IMG/VR virus record: IMGVR_UViG_3300008119_000003
Coordinates: 1-64,000 of that record
Strand: one strand, 5' to 3'
DNA from: a virus
Length of the DNA stretch: 64,000 bases
Of this stretch, positions 28,913 through 39,199 are shown one piece after another. The notes beneath the pieces are model-generated. The model had not been told where the DNA came from and searched no databases. It worked only from the letters and a program-made list of their open reading frames with translations. Made by a program: the position numbers and the translations under genes. Each line of letters begins with the position of its first letter. The stretch's first letter is position 1.

Positions 28913-30903
28913 TAGAATAAACTTAATTGTGATTTCTCTTTGTTCTTATTAACGTTCTCGATTTCTTTATAGATCTTCTCTAGATAGTAATCTTCATTAA
29001 CGTTATAGTCAGACCATTTCTTTTCTTGATATTCATCCATCACGGTTTGCATCCACTTACCTGATTCTACTTGAATCTCTCTAGCATCAGCTACATTACG
29101 TTTGATAATCTTGCATCCCTTCTCAGATATATAATACCTTACAATCTTCTGCAGGTAATCATCCGTACGTTTACCTTTCTCGAAACATGTCTTAATAAAC
29201 TTCCAATCTCCTTTTGCTTTAATACCTCCACAGTAATCTAAGATGTTTCTATTATCCATCATAGTTTTCTCTGGTAATACATCGTGCACAAAGTAATTGT
29301 ATATAGCTTTAGGTATAATCAGGAAGCTCTTATTCTTATGTAACGCTAGATCATTAAATTCGAATCGACCTTTACACTTGACATTGGAGTACAAATACTT
29401 ACCCCCTATCTCCTTAAACACGTGATGAGGATTCTTCTGTTTCAGAGTATCCCATTCTTCTTTAGTTACCTCTTTCGCTTTATGAACAGCAATATAGTTA
29501 TTAACATCAGCTAGAATTATCTTCTGATACTGATCGTGTTCTAACTGCAGGCTTGTTAGTTCTTCCCACTTACTACAAATTTCCAGATACTTGTCTTTAT
29601 AACTAGCTGGAATCATCATCTCAAGACCATCTGTATTTTGCATAAGCGGTATGCTTCCCGGGATTCCATCAGATAGCATCTCATATAACATAGTCAAACT
29701 TAGTTGACCGTTAATAGTAATACGCATCGTGAATTCAGGATCATATAGAAAACTATTCTCGTCATTACTCAAACCATAAGTACTATTCAGAATAATTTTG
29801 TATACATAATTCTTAGGATCCTTTTTCGGAATCTTCTTTCTCTCTTCGAAGAACCATTCATATTGCTCACAGAATTCTTTCTGCGGAATGTGCGCGGGCG
29901 ACCACTTGTTTCTGATAGCCAGGTTAGGATAGAAACTAGTAACGTCAGACGTCATTATAATCATACCATCCTTAGCCTCATATACTCCAGACTTAGTAGC
30001 ACCATGCAATCCGCCGAGACCATAGTCAGTCTTAACGCCCTTATGTGTAACAGAATATTTGAATCCGCCTTTAGTCTCCTTGGTATTTATAACCAGAGAT
30101 TTAAACTTCTCAAATATATTATTAAACTCTCTACGTTTAAACTTTATATACGGTAGTATGATATCACCAACAATAATCTGTTCACGATTCGTTCTCAATT
30201 GTTTTAGATCATACTTTTTTATACCGGTCTTCTGACTTAAGAAGTGCAGAAACAATTCTTTAGATATACGCGGCTCTGATGCACTATACAAGTTAATATT
30301 GTATTCATTAGTAAGAGTCTTACGTAAAGCAATCTGTTCCTTACTTAACAGGAGGATAGCTTTAGTAGACTTAACGTCATTAATACAGTAGGTTGTAATA
30401 GTATCAATCTCTTCTTGTGTACGAATCATAGTACTATGATGTATAGGCATCTCTTGGATGTTATACCAATCCATAGAATACTGAATCCATTTCAAGCTAG
30501 ATCTCTTTGCCGCGTTATCCCAGTGATTTAGTTTATAAACATCAATCTGAGGAACACTTAACTCCCTTTCAGAATACTTAGGAAACTCTTCGTTATTACC
30601 ACGGGCAATTACATCTTGAGCCTGCAGATATAAAGCATAGGCTATACGTTCAGGATCTAATCCAATAAGATCGGAACCTTCTTTAATCATAAACTCCGTA
30701 ATCTGCGAGTCGAAGTTTAAACCATTAAACGATATATGCCATTCACTATTATATGCATTATGATTTACAAATCGGAGGAGTTCTTCATAGTCATTGCGCA
30801 GTTTATGTACAACGAATATCTTAGTCTCCTCTGTTTTATAATGTTGAAACACAGCAACGAAACAGTTGATCAGTGTCTCATAGTCCATTACCCAGTGATT
30901 CAT
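28912..30903 (-). CDS. polB: Family B DNA polymerase with 3'-5' exonuclease
   Basis: ExoI DYE, ExoII FNGLNFD, ExoIII YCINDV; motif A SDVTSFYPN, motif B KIILNSTYG, motif C NTDG. Confidence 0.92.
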   Translation of the reverse strand: MNHWVMDYETLINCFVAVFQHYKTEETKIFVVHKLRNDYEELLRFVNHNAYNSEWHISFNGLNFDSQITEFMIKEGSDLIGLDPERIAYALYLQAQDVIARGNNEEFPKYSERELSVPQIDVYKLNHWDNAAKRSSLKWIQYSMDWYNIQEMPIHHSTMIRTQEEIDTITTYCINDVKSTKAILLLSKEQIALRKTLTNEYNINLYSASEPRISKELFLHFLSQKTGIKKYDLKQLRTNREQIIVGDIILPYIKFKRREFNNIFEKFKSLVINTKETKGGFKYSVTHKGVKTDYGLGGLHGATKSGVYEAKDGMIIMTSDVTSFYPNLAIRNKWSPAHIPQKEFCEQYEWFFEERKKIPKKDPKNYVYKIILNSTYGLSNDENSFLYDPEFTMRITINGQLSLTMLYEMLSDGIPGSIPLMQNTDGLEMMIPASYKDKYLEICSKWEELTSLQLEHDQYQKIILADVNNYIAVHKAKEVTKEEWDTLKQKNPHHVFKEIGGKYLYSNVKCKGRFEFNDLALHKNKSFLIIPKAIYNYFVHDVLPEKTMMDNRNILDYCGGIKAKGDWKFIKTCFEKGKRTDDYLQKIVRYYISEKGCKIIKRNVADAREIQVESGKWMQTVMDEYQEKKWSDYNVNEDYYLEKIYKEIENVNKNKEKSQLSLF

Positions 30904-30908
30904 AGGGA

Positions 30909-30934
30909 TAAAAATGGGGGATTGCTCCCCCTTT
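30909..30934 (-). terminator. Hairpin plus U-tract between ORF 30955 and polB
   Basis: Minus strand GGGGGA-GCAA-TCCCCC-ATTTTT. Confidence 0.6.
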
Positions 30935-30954
30935 AATTTATTATTTACAGACTA

Positions 30955-31359
30955 TTATTCCGCAGACTCCGCAGGAACATTAGCATCTTCAACTTCTACT
31001 TCCTGTACAAGATAATCATCTATTGGAAATGTAGAGTAGTTAGTAGCAAACATCATAACGAACTCCTGAATATCACGAAGGTCTTCAAGATAATATTCTT
31101 GATAAGTTTCTTGACCGCGACGCTCTTGCTTATAAGGGCTTCCGTCACGACCTGGAGTCTTGCGCATTTCTGGATCACCATTAGCATCAAGCTTTGGCAA
31201 CATGTGAAATGTATCCTTCTTAAGTTTACTAATAACAGCTAATACTTTAAGCTGTGCATCATAAATACATTCAAGATATGGGCAATGTTCTGCCACAGGG
31301 ATCATCTTAAATGTTTTTGTTTCCTTCCAATTGGAATGGATTAATAACATGTTTTTCAT
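30955..31359 (-). CDS. Hypothetical protein
   Basis: 134-aa ORF in operon orientation; TATATTTG (31377-31384, minus strand) upstream. Confidence 0.7.
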   Translation of the reverse strand: MKNMLLIHSNWKETKTFKMIPVAEHCPYLECIYDAQLKVLAVISKLKKDTFHMLPKLDANGDPEMRKTPGRDGSPYKQERRGQETYQEYYLEDLRDIQEFVMMFATNYSTFPIDDYLVQEVEVEDANVPAESAE

Positions 31360-31384
31360 ACTTTGGTTTTAAGTTTCAAATATA

Positions 31385-31945
31385 CTAGATAAAATTAAAG
31401 ATTTCAACTTCTTTAACTGTTGCATGCAAAGTTTCTTTATCGATATCAGGTTTAGAACATAACTGCCCTACCTCTTTCAATACAGATGCCTTTACCGCCA
31501 ATAGATTAGCATAGTTATCGTAGAATCTTTCTGGATAAAGATAGCTCATTACGATTTCTTTACTAGCAGGCTTACTTTTAAAAAAGCCTATGACCTTTTC
31601 TTTTGTGGTACTGATGAATTCAGAATACTTACCTCTTAGAAAACAGTCAAAGTCATGCTCATATTCTTTCATGTTAAATATATAAGCGCCTTTATTGTTT
31701 TCTAATTCATAGTAGGAATCAAAGTACATATGAGATAATAAATTAGTTTTTTCAAACCGCTTGAACTCTTCGTCCTCACGTAAATTATATACACATATTA
31801 ACTTCTGATCCTGTAGTCCAAACTTACCATCCCAAGAAACATAACTCTCTAAAGGTGTGGCTTCGGATCCCCTCTTTATTTCTAATAGGGGGTACATAAA
31901 TATCCTAGACTTCTGGATATATTCTTTTGTGAGAGTTTTAATCAT
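31385..31945 (-). CDS. Hypothetical protein
   Basis: 186-aa ORF in the replication module. Confidence 0.7.
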   Translation of the reverse strand: MIKTLTKEYIQKSRIFMYPLLEIKRGSEATPLESYVSWDGKFGLQDQKLICVYNLREDEEFKRFEKTNLLSHMYFDSYYELENNKGAYIFNMKEYEHDFDCFLRGKYSEFISTTKEKVIGFFKSKPASKEIVMSYLYPERFYDNYANLLAVKASVLKEVGQLCSKPDIDKETLHATVKEVEIFNFI

Positions 31946-31950
31946 ATAGT

Positions 31951-32919
31951 TTACAGGATTACGTTACCTACCTCATACTCATAAGGTAAGTCAAATTTTC
32001 TATTTGTATAATGATAGTCTGCAATTTTCATTATTTCATCGAGCCTGTCCATCCAGCTATTAAGTGTTACAGTACTAACTTCAAATGCATAACACTGGGT
32101 AAGCTTGTCAACCACTATGAAATGAAATTTAATCTTGTAATTACTTAAGCCATAGTTGGCTCTTACTAATCTACAGTACACCGCAGCTTGTAACCAGTAC
32201 TTGTAGTACTCTATGGTCTCTGGGAAATCTTGTAGCAGTTTTCCGCTGGTCTTGAGATCATTAATATAAATCACTTTGTTAGTATGATCAATGTTAACGT
32301 TATCTACAATACCTCTAAGACCAAAATCATACTGTGTATCCATTACAAATGGTACCTCGCTCATACTAAAGGAACCCCCTATATTGAGCAAGCCTGTAAT
32401 TTTCTCATTAGATCTTACGATCTCAGCATAACCTTTTACTTTGTTCAGGGTTTCTTCGTCTATAACAGCCTTGTCACCCTTTGTAGTTAAGAAGTTATAG
32501 TAACTTATACTTGCGTCAGTTATTACTTTCTCAACTCTTTGTGCATCAGTCTTGAGACTCTGATACAGATTGATCTCCTTTAGTATATCAAGAATATCAA
32601 ACTCATTCTCCTCCAAAGATAAGTCAGTATGTCCTTTAACCAAAGCTCTTATGAATACTTTGTCAACAACATTCTTAATGCTATCGCCCGGCAGGTTTAC
32701 CGGAGACACCACATACTTCTCATGGAACTTATCCTCCTCTAAAAGAAGACAGTGAAGCAAGCTACCTTCAATCAGGTGCTGCTCCATCTTATCTTCTCTT
32801 TGGTTCAGGATATAGTGTTTATAAAATGCACTTGGGGCAAACAATAACTTGTTAAACCCGGAGTAACTAAAGTGAAACTTCTTGCTGTAGAAGTTCTCCT
32901 CCGCTTGGAAATCTATCAT
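31951..32919 (-). CDS. PD-(D/E)XK exonuclease (RecE/DUF3799-like)
   Basis: FSYSG, GSLLHCLLLE, RGIVD, INDLKTS and YWLQAAVY motifs. Confidence 0.8.
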   Translation of the reverse strand: MIDFQAEENFYSKKFHFSYSGFNKLLFAPSAFYKHYILNQREDKMEQHLIEGSLLHCLLLEEDKFHEKYVVSPVNLPGDSIKNVVDKVFIRALVKGHTDLSLEENEFDILDILKEINLYQSLKTDAQRVEKVITDASISYYNFLTTKGDKAVIDEETLNKVKGYAEIVRSNEKITGLLNIGGSFSMSEVPFVMDTQYDFGLRGIVDNVNIDHTNKVIYINDLKTSGKLLQDFPETIEYYKYWLQAAVYCRLVRANYGLSNYKIKFHFIVVDKLTQCYAFEVSTVTLNSWMDRLDEIMKIADYHYTNRKFDLPYEYEVGNVIL

Positions 32920-33997
32920 TTTGTTTATTTAAAAGTTTATCTACCTTGGCTTGCATATCTGGTGTTAATCTAACATCTACAACTTCATAGTTATTACTAC
33001 CTGTATAAGAGTTACTTAATACACTAGCCTTAATAGTATCCAATAACTCTTGAGTCAGTAACTTCTTCTCTATAGATACATTTAGGATGGCATCTTTATC
33101 CCAGCGGTACTTGTTATAACCAAGCCAATTAAGTAAAGACTTAAAGCCTACAGTGTTTCTATACTTGTGGTTATAGATATGGTTTCTACCAAATTCCTCA
33201 AGAAGTAATGCCAGATAGACAAAGCTTTTCTCATAGTTACAACCGGCCATAATGGTCATAGCAACTAAGTGATTGTCCTTATCCATACTAGTTAGCATAG
33301 TTCTTAAAGATTCAAATGCATCTCTATCAATAACTGTGTCACCAATAAGATTGTTGAATACTTCTTGTGAATAAACATTACTAAGATTTGAACTAGTAAG
33401 TAAGAAGTCATCTATAACAGTTGTTATATAGTCACCATAGTACTCTCCACTTCTAAATGAACTACCATGTAAGATGTTACCGTACATGTTTTTAGTAGGG
33501 TTAATGTAATTAGTTACATAGAATGATGTAATGGTAGGTCTGTCTATAATAACATACTTACCGGTATAAGTGGCTAACCGCGCTACAAGATTATGTACAT
33601 TACCACCAATTCTAAAACCATCGGCAAACGGTTTTACATCAGAAGTTTTTATATAATACAAGTGCTTTGTATCTAGACCTGCGTCTATAGAATCTAGACC
33701 TGCAATAATAATATCTGCAGTATCTCTATCTCTAACAGTCTTGATCTTCTTCTCCTCCAAGAAAGGCTTGGCCTTATCTCTAGGAATACTGCACTTAGGT
33801 GCAAAGTATATTGTTTTTACATTAGTAAGATCTAGTTTCTTATCAGCAGTTGCCTGCTTAAATACTTTTTCATATTCATTCTCATGCCAGCGGTAATGTA
33901 GAAATTTTCTTTTATCATCCACTAGTACACGACTAGGTATAAGTACTAGCTCATTATTACTTACAGTAAGTGTTAGTTGTTCTTGTATCATAATCAA
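32867..33997 (-). CDS. Hypothetical protein with BRCT-like N-terminal region and shared helical domain
   Basis: IYFAPKCSIPR...TVRDRDTADIII; IDRDAFESLRTMLTSMDKDNHLVAM shared with neighbours. Confidence 0.6.
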   Translation of the reverse strand: MIMIQEQLTLTVSNNELVLIPSRVLVDDKRKFLHYRWHENEYEKVFKQATADKKLDLTNVKTIYFAPKCSIPRDKAKPFLEEKKIKTVRDRDTADIIIAGLDSIDAGLDTKHLYYIKTSDVKPFADGFRIGGNVHNLVARLATYTGKYVIIDRPTITSFYVTNYINPTKNMYGNILHGSSFRSGEYYGDYITTVIDDFLLTSSNLSNVYSQEVFNNLIGDTVIDRDAFESLRTMLTSMDKDNHLVAMTIMAGCNYEKSFVYLALLLEEFGRNHIYNHKYRNTVGFKSLLNWLGYNKYRWDKDAILNVSIEKKLLTQELLDTIKASVLSNSYTGSNNYEVVDVRLTPDMQAKVDKLLNKQNDRFPSGGELLQQEVSL

Positions 33998-35106
33998 AAT
34001 GGTATTGAGGTCTCAGGTTTAGGATCCTCTTTAGGTTTATTTTCCTCCATAAACTCTTGATAAGTCTTGGTCCAGGAAGGTGTAAGTTTTACAAACTTTC
34101 TTGCATCATCAGGCATGTTGTCTTTAACATGATCTTCAATAGTATCCATGATAAGATTATCATATATCTCCTCAGTTAACCAACCTTTCTTTAAGAATAG
34201 TTTTATAGCTGCAGGATAACTAGTATATCTAAGACTGGTAAAGTCTAACTTATCATTCATGATTTTAACATTAGCATTGCTCATAGCATTAGTCACCTGA
34301 TAATAATCTTCTTTAAGAAGCTTATAGATGTAATACATAGAGGTCTCATAGTTACAATTGAATACCATTTCTGCAGCTACCGCACGATTCTCCATATCAG
34401 AGTTAAACATGGTAGTCAAAGTTTGATATATAGAATCATCTATGGTAACACGCTCTATAGAATTGAAGACTAGGTCCTCATCTATAACAGGTGTCTTCAT
34501 AGATAGGATACGGTATAACATCTCTACAGTTCTTGGATGCAGAAAATTAAATTCAGTCTCCATATTATTTAAAGGTGACCAAGAATCATAATAGCGGTAG
34601 TATGCTTTAGAGAATACCATATAGTCCTCAGTATCCATTATAGTATTGAAGACACCACCTTTTAGTTTTATCTTCTCCCTACTAAAGTTATCGGACATGT
34701 TATATAGTAATACAGAACAATCCTTAGCTATAAGATTATTAGGAACTTGTTGATCCGCATTACCACTACTCATATTCTTACCGTGACCGATAAAGAAATC
34801 TGCTTTAGACGCATCATTAGTAATAGTCCAGTTATTTAGACGAGCAATATCTCTCAACTGAGCAATACTATATTTACAACCGGGTATCACGTACCCTTTA
34901 GATTTAGCAGGAAGAGAAACTAATGCACCCCCCTTGAGGAGTGCATTAATCTTTTCTACTGAATCATCATCTACAGTATACAGCCATGTATGAGGAAGTG
35001 CTTTATGCTTCTTATCCACACTGGCATATCTTACCTTTCCTTTAATAAATGGTAACTGCTTCAGCATAGTGTCTGTAACATTACCGAGATTCAAATCCAT
35101 TTTCAT
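33994..35106 (-). CDS. Paralog of 32867-33997
   Basis: YVIPGCKYS...TITNDASKADFFI; IDDSIYQTLTTMFNSDMENRAVAAEM. Confidence 0.6.
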   Translation of the reverse strand: MKMDLNLGNVTDTMLKQLPFIKGKVRYASVDKKHKALPHTWLYTVDDDSVEKINALLKGGALVSLPAKSKGYVIPGCKYSIAQLRDIARLNNWTITNDASKADFFIGHGKNMSSGNADQQVPNNLIAKDCSVLLYNMSDNFSREKIKLKGGVFNTIMDTEDYMVFSKAYYRYYDSWSPLNNMETEFNFLHPRTVEMLYRILSMKTPVIDEDLVFNSIERVTIDDSIYQTLTTMFNSDMENRAVAAEMVFNCNYETSMYYIYKLLKEDYYQVTNAMSNANVKIMNDKLDFTSLRYTSYPAAIKLFLKKGWLTEEIYDNLIMDTIEDHVKDNMPDDARKFVKLTPSWTKTYQEFMEENKPKEDPKPETSIPF

Positions 35107-35288
35107 CTTTTAATTTTTGCGTATGTAACAGGATGTATTTCTACTAAACTAAATTGAACTCGCTTACCTATTTCACTATCTCCCCTGTAATCCATAATCA
35201 TTACATCATCAGGGTATATGGGGTACGCGCTCATTTCCGAGCTGCGCACCATCCATTTGTCATCTATAATTTCTAGGTAACCTACCAT
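35103..35288 (-). CDS. Hypothetical protein
   Basis: 61 aa, start and stop overlap both neighbours. Confidence 0.55.
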   Translation of the reverse strand: MVGYLEIIDDKWMVRSSEMSAYPIYPDDVMIMDYRGDSEIGKRVQFSLVEIHPVTYAKIKR

Positions 35289-36478
35289 TACTTAACTGCG
35301 ATAGCAGCGATGTTAGCGTTTAACATTAACTTGGTAAACTTCTTACTTCCATTAAGGATACCCTTGATAAGAGCATACTTCAAGTCATTAGTGAAGATGT
35401 CCTTATCAGTGATGAAGTTAGTAACACGGTCAATGATCTTCTGATCTACAGTATTATCTGTGCTATAGTGAACCGCATAGTTAGTAAAGCGCAATGCTAG
35501 AATACTAGCGATGTCTGCACGATATGCATCATCCTTACCAACACAGTTATTCATCTGACCTTTAACATACTCCCAGCTATTGTTAGTCAACATATCCTTA
35601 GGAGTAATTAACTTATCTAACTTGTTGTTAATGAACGTGGTAAACAGAGTAGCAAACTCGCTACCTACACTACCCTCACCAATCATTTGAATAAGCGGTA
35701 AGTTCTGCTCAAAATTCTCTATGCTAGAGATACTGTTAAAGAAGGTAGTAATACTACGAGCATTAGTAGTCTGCGTAACTAACTCCGGATGCATCAACAA
35801 GAAGTTAATACAACGAGAGTCAATGTTATTCTGCTCTGCCCAACGAGCCCAGCAGTCTACATCAAACTTTAAGTAAGCCGTAATAAATCTGGTCTTCTGC
35901 GCAGCATCCATAGATGTTACTTGATAGTCACCATTATCTGGATTACTAGTCAATACAATATGCCAGTTCTTTGGCAGCTCCCATGAGATATACTTCTGAC
36001 GGTCAATCAATTCCATCGCCGCTTGTGTAAATCTTTGGTCAGCACGACTATAGTCATCGAGGATTAAGATACCACCTTGCTCCTTACCTTGGATCCATTC
36101 CGGAGTGGCATAACCCATACGCTTCTCTCCGCTTGGAACATACTTATTCTGAATATACATAGGCATGATGTTCTCAGGTACCCACTTGGCTACCTTCTTG
36201 CCATCATCCGTAGTCTTAATTACTTCGAATTCCTTAATAGGAAAACCTGTAAGGTCACCTAGCTCCTCGATCTGAGCAAGATTTAACTTAACTACATCTA
36301 GTCCTAGCTCTTTACCAATCTGCAAAATAGTGGTGGTCTTACCGATACCGGCCTCACCCTCGATATTCACTGCTACAGGAATCTTTCCGTCAGCTTGAAT
36401 ATGTTGATTATTCTTTACAATGTGACCGATAAAGGTCTTCAACTCGTCTGTGTTTAAGTTAACTTGATTTGCGCTCAT
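35288..36478 (-). CDS. MoxR-like AAA+ ATPase
   Basis: Walker A GEAGIGKT, Walker B LILDD, LTSNP sensor, AQKTRF. Confidence 0.85.
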   Translation of the reverse strand: MSANQVNLNTDELKTFIGHIVKNNQHIQADGKIPVAVNIEGEAGIGKTTTILQIGKELGLDVVKLNLAQIEELGDLTGFPIKEFEVIKTTDDGKKVAKWVPENIMPMYIQNKYVPSGEKRMGYATPEWIQGKEQGGILILDDYSRADQRFTQAAMELIDRQKYISWELPKNWHIVLTSNPDNGDYQVTSMDAAQKTRFITAYLKFDVDCWARWAEQNNIDSRCINFLLMHPELVTQTTNARSITTFFNSISSIENFEQNLPLIQMIGEGSVGSEFATLFTTFINNKLDKLITPKDMLTNNSWEYVKGQMNNCVGKDDAYRADIASILALRFTNYAVHYSTDNTVDQKIIDRVTNFITDKDIFTNDLKYALIKGILNGSKKFTKLMLNANIAAIAVK

Positions 36479-36483
36479 AATAC

Positions 36484-37677
36484 TTAGTTTAATTTAATTT
36501 GTGGACCAGGTAGGTCTTCGTTTATATTTCCACGGGTAGAGATTACCCACAACATTTTGCCTCTTGGCTTTACAGTACAATCACATTCTCCATCTGTTAA
36601 GTATATCAAACAAGTATACTTATCTTGGTTTTCATTATACAATTCTAATACAGGATCAAAATAAGTACCGCCGCGACCATGTATCTCAATCTTATCTCCA
36701 GCCTTGTATGGCCCGATATGACGGATACGAGTATCACACTGTACAATAGTTATCTCTGCACCTGTCTTATTAATATGATCAATCTCATGGAAGAACTCTT
36801 GTACTTCCTTATCACTAACGGAACCGCTAGTATCTACAGCAACTAAGATGTGCTTACGGAATTTAATCTTAAGACCAGGGTTATCCTCGAATCTTTTATT
36901 AAACTTACGTCTCAACTTCTTAGTAAATACTTTCTGACTACCTCCAGTAAACCTTCTAAGATATGCTTTCCAGTCAAACTTAGGCGGCTCACTACTGTTA
37001 AGCTTGTCTAGTAAACCCTTGAGTTCTCCAGGTATATGACCTCTAGACTTTGATACTTGTTCTGCAATCTCCTTAAGCTGATGCTCTACTTGCTTTTGTA
37101 TAAGCTTCTGTTCAGCTTCACTTAAGTCTTTGAAATCATCCCATGTACTGTGATCAGGAACAAGATTACCATTCTCGTCAATCTTTAATCCCATAGCTGA
37201 AGCTTTCATCATCTGCTCAAAAGGACTATTACCATTTCCGTTATTCAACTGCTGTTGTAGTAGATTATAATACTCTCTACAGCCGGCCTTAACAGGAAGA
37301 TTCATAGGAGCAAACATCTCATTATCGATAGTACATCCGCCGTCAGGAAGATACTGCTTATCGATATACTGATTAATCTCCAAGTCCATAGCTATGTTAG
37401 CTAACTTAGGGTCTGGGAAATCAGTATGTATAGTAAGATGAAAGAACGCTATATGTAACAGCTCGTGCTTCAACAAACCTATATGATGCTCCGGGCTCAA
37501 GCTTTCCCAAAACTCCTCGTTGATCATCAACTGAAAGTTTATATTATGCTTGCATACACCTGCCGTAGGAACTCTATTACTCCACAGCTTGTTTAACCCA
37601 ATGAGAAAGAGCCCGTAAAAAGGCTCCTTCAACATTAGTTCTTTGCTAGCCTTAGCTAGACTATCTTGTTTTGTCAT
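36484..37677 (-). CDS. vWA-like domain protein with N-terminal HExxH metallopeptidase (DUF2201-like)
   Basis: KHELLH, NIAMDLEIN, MIDAS VDTSGS and GRGGTYF motifs. Confidence 0.85.
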   Translation of the reverse strand: MTKQDSLAKASKELMLKEPFYGLFLIGLNKLWSNRVPTAGVCKHNINFQLMINEEFWESLSPEHHIGLLKHELLHIAFFHLTIHTDFPDPKLANIAMDLEINQYIDKQYLPDGGCTIDNEMFAPMNLPVKAGCREYYNLLQQQLNNGNGNSPFEQMMKASAMGLKIDENGNLVPDHSTWDDFKDLSEAEQKLIQKQVEHQLKEIAEQVSKSRGHIPGELKGLLDKLNSSEPPKFDWKAYLRRFTGGSQKVFTKKLRRKFNKRFEDNPGLKIKFRKHILVAVDTSGSVSDKEVQEFFHEIDHINKTGAEITIVQCDTRIRHIGPYKAGDKIEIHGRGGTYFDPVLELYNENQDKYTCLIYLTDGECDCTVKPRGKMLWVISTRGNINEDLPGPQIKLN

Positions 37678-38081
37678 TTACCTTTAGGTATTAATGTTAG
37701 TTGATACTTCTCCATAAACGTAAAACCAGCAGTTTCTAATTGCTTTCCTAACTCTTCTGCAAATCTGTTAATAAAGAATGCCATAGCTACAGGATCAACA
37801 TTCACATTTTTGTGAATTACTTCATACATGCTATTCCAAGTAAGGACACTGTTATAATCTAAACCAGTAAGTTCCTTTAACTTTACTACAGTATCTGAAT
37901 CAAGATTTAGATTCTTATGTCCTGCTTCTTTACATAACATAAGTATGTAGGGTAAATTAGCTTGTAGATCTGAGGACTCAATAAGATTCTTAACCACAAT
38001 GTGGTTCTCTTTATCTACAGACTTAGCCATTGACAACAGGTTCTTATATGTTGTCTCATCAAGTTTAAATACTTCTCCCAT
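37674..38081 (-). CDS. Hypothetical protein sharing the helical domain of 32867 and 33994
   Basis: LDETTYKNLLSMAKSVDKENHIVV; start moved to ATG 38081, coupled to the upstream stop. Confidence 0.6.
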   Translation of the reverse strand: MGEVFKLDETTYKNLLSMAKSVDKENHIVVKNLIESSDLQANLPYILMLCKEAGHKNLNLDSDTVVKLKELTGLDYNSVLTWNSMYEVIHKNVNVDPVAMAFFINRFAEELGKQLETAGFTFMEKYQLTLIPKGK

Positions 38082-38422
38082 TAGTCTTCTATTTTTAATG
38101 TTTTTAACATCCATATCGGAGGGTTATTCATATTAGTGATCCACTCCTTTGCACTTGGTAGATAACCATTGCAATCTTCTTTTACATGTTGCTCGCCTAC
38201 ATAGCGAGTCATAACTTTTTTACCTACCGAGTTAACAAAGAAGGGCCCGAAGACCCTTTCACATTCAAAGATACCTTCACTATGATGCCTAAATAATCTA
38301 TGCATACTATGACCATACCAGGCCTTAGTAGCATCAAACCATTCATGAATGTGCATGTACTCCTCAGGCTCACCGCCCCACTTCTTAGCAGAGCTGCGAG
38401 CATGATCATATGGATGCGCCAT
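38081..38422 (-). CDS. DUF6915-like protein
   Basis: HPYDHARSSAKKWGG, HRLFRHHSEGIF and GEQHVKED motifs. Confidence 0.7.
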   Translation of the reverse strand: MAHPYDHARSSAKKWGGEPEEYMHIHEWFDATKAWYGHSMHRLFRHHSEGIFECERVFGPFFVNSVGKKVMTRYVGEQHVKEDCNGYLPSAKEWITNMNNPPIWMLKTLKIED

Positions 38423-38778
38423 TATTCTCCCCAGTCTATATCTACAATATTAACCGAATCGTAAGCATCAGTAACAGATCTTACATAACCGTCAATAAGT
38501 ATTACAGGCTCATCTACAAGCTCAATAGTTATAGTTCCATAACCACCATCATTATTATACCAATCCCAGTTGTAATGCTGTTCAAGTATATGAGTAGCTA
38601 GATCTTGTAGATCTCCTTCAAACTTATCATTAAGGTCAGAGCTATCTATATTATCTCCATAAAATTCTACATCTTCCACCTGGCCAGAGTCTCCTCCGCC
38701 ATCATATCTAATCTCTACATTAGTTACACCAGCATCTTTTAATGCTGCAAATAAGGTTGCTGTTTTTAAGCTTGCCAT
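38422..38778 (-). CDS. DUF6878-like protein
   Basis: YDGGGDSGQVE and WYNNDGGYG motifs. Confidence 0.7.
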   Translation of the reverse strand: MASLKTATLFAALKDAGVTNVEIRYDGGGDSGQVEDVEFYGDNIDSSDLNDKFEGDLQDLATHILEQHYNWDWYNNDGGYGTITIELVDEPVILIDGYVRSVTDAYDSVNIVDIDWGE

Positions 38779-38779
38779 A

Positions 38780-39199
38780 TTACTTTTGTTTATAAAACCT
38801 ACCAAGTATGTTTGCGTTTAACCAGAAGTCTTTCTCCAGTACCTCACACATAAATTGGTATTTAACTTCTTGATAAGAGAGCTCTGTCTTAGAGTAGCAT
38901 ATCTTTAGGATAGTCCTTTTGATTTGTACCCCAGCTTTATGAGCTGCCTTAAGTTTCTCATTACTGCTATAGTAATTTTGATATACAATTTTTCTTACAC
39001 GCTTGTAAGTCCTCTTGCGTCTATCTGTAGACAATGCCTTCTTAGAAAGCTTGGTCTTAACATCCGCATAGAAGTTCTTCTTGCCAATGTAGGACTTGCG
39101 TTCACCATCTATGATAACATCCATCTGGTATACAAATCCTACAGCACCATCAGGAATCATATCCTCGGTGAATTCTTTATGCTGGTAGATCCAACTCAT
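38780..39199 (-). CDS. GIY-YIG family endonuclease
   Basis: GFVY...YIGKK, YYSSN, E..YQ and N.NI.G motifs. Confidence 0.7.
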   Translation of the reverse strand: MSWIYQHKEFTEDMIPDGAVGFVYQMDVIIDGERKSYIGKKNFYADVKTKLSKKALSTDRRKRTYKRVRKIVYQNYYSSNEKLKAAHKAGVQIKRTILKICYSKTELSYQEVKYQFMCEVLEKDFWLNANILGRFYKQK

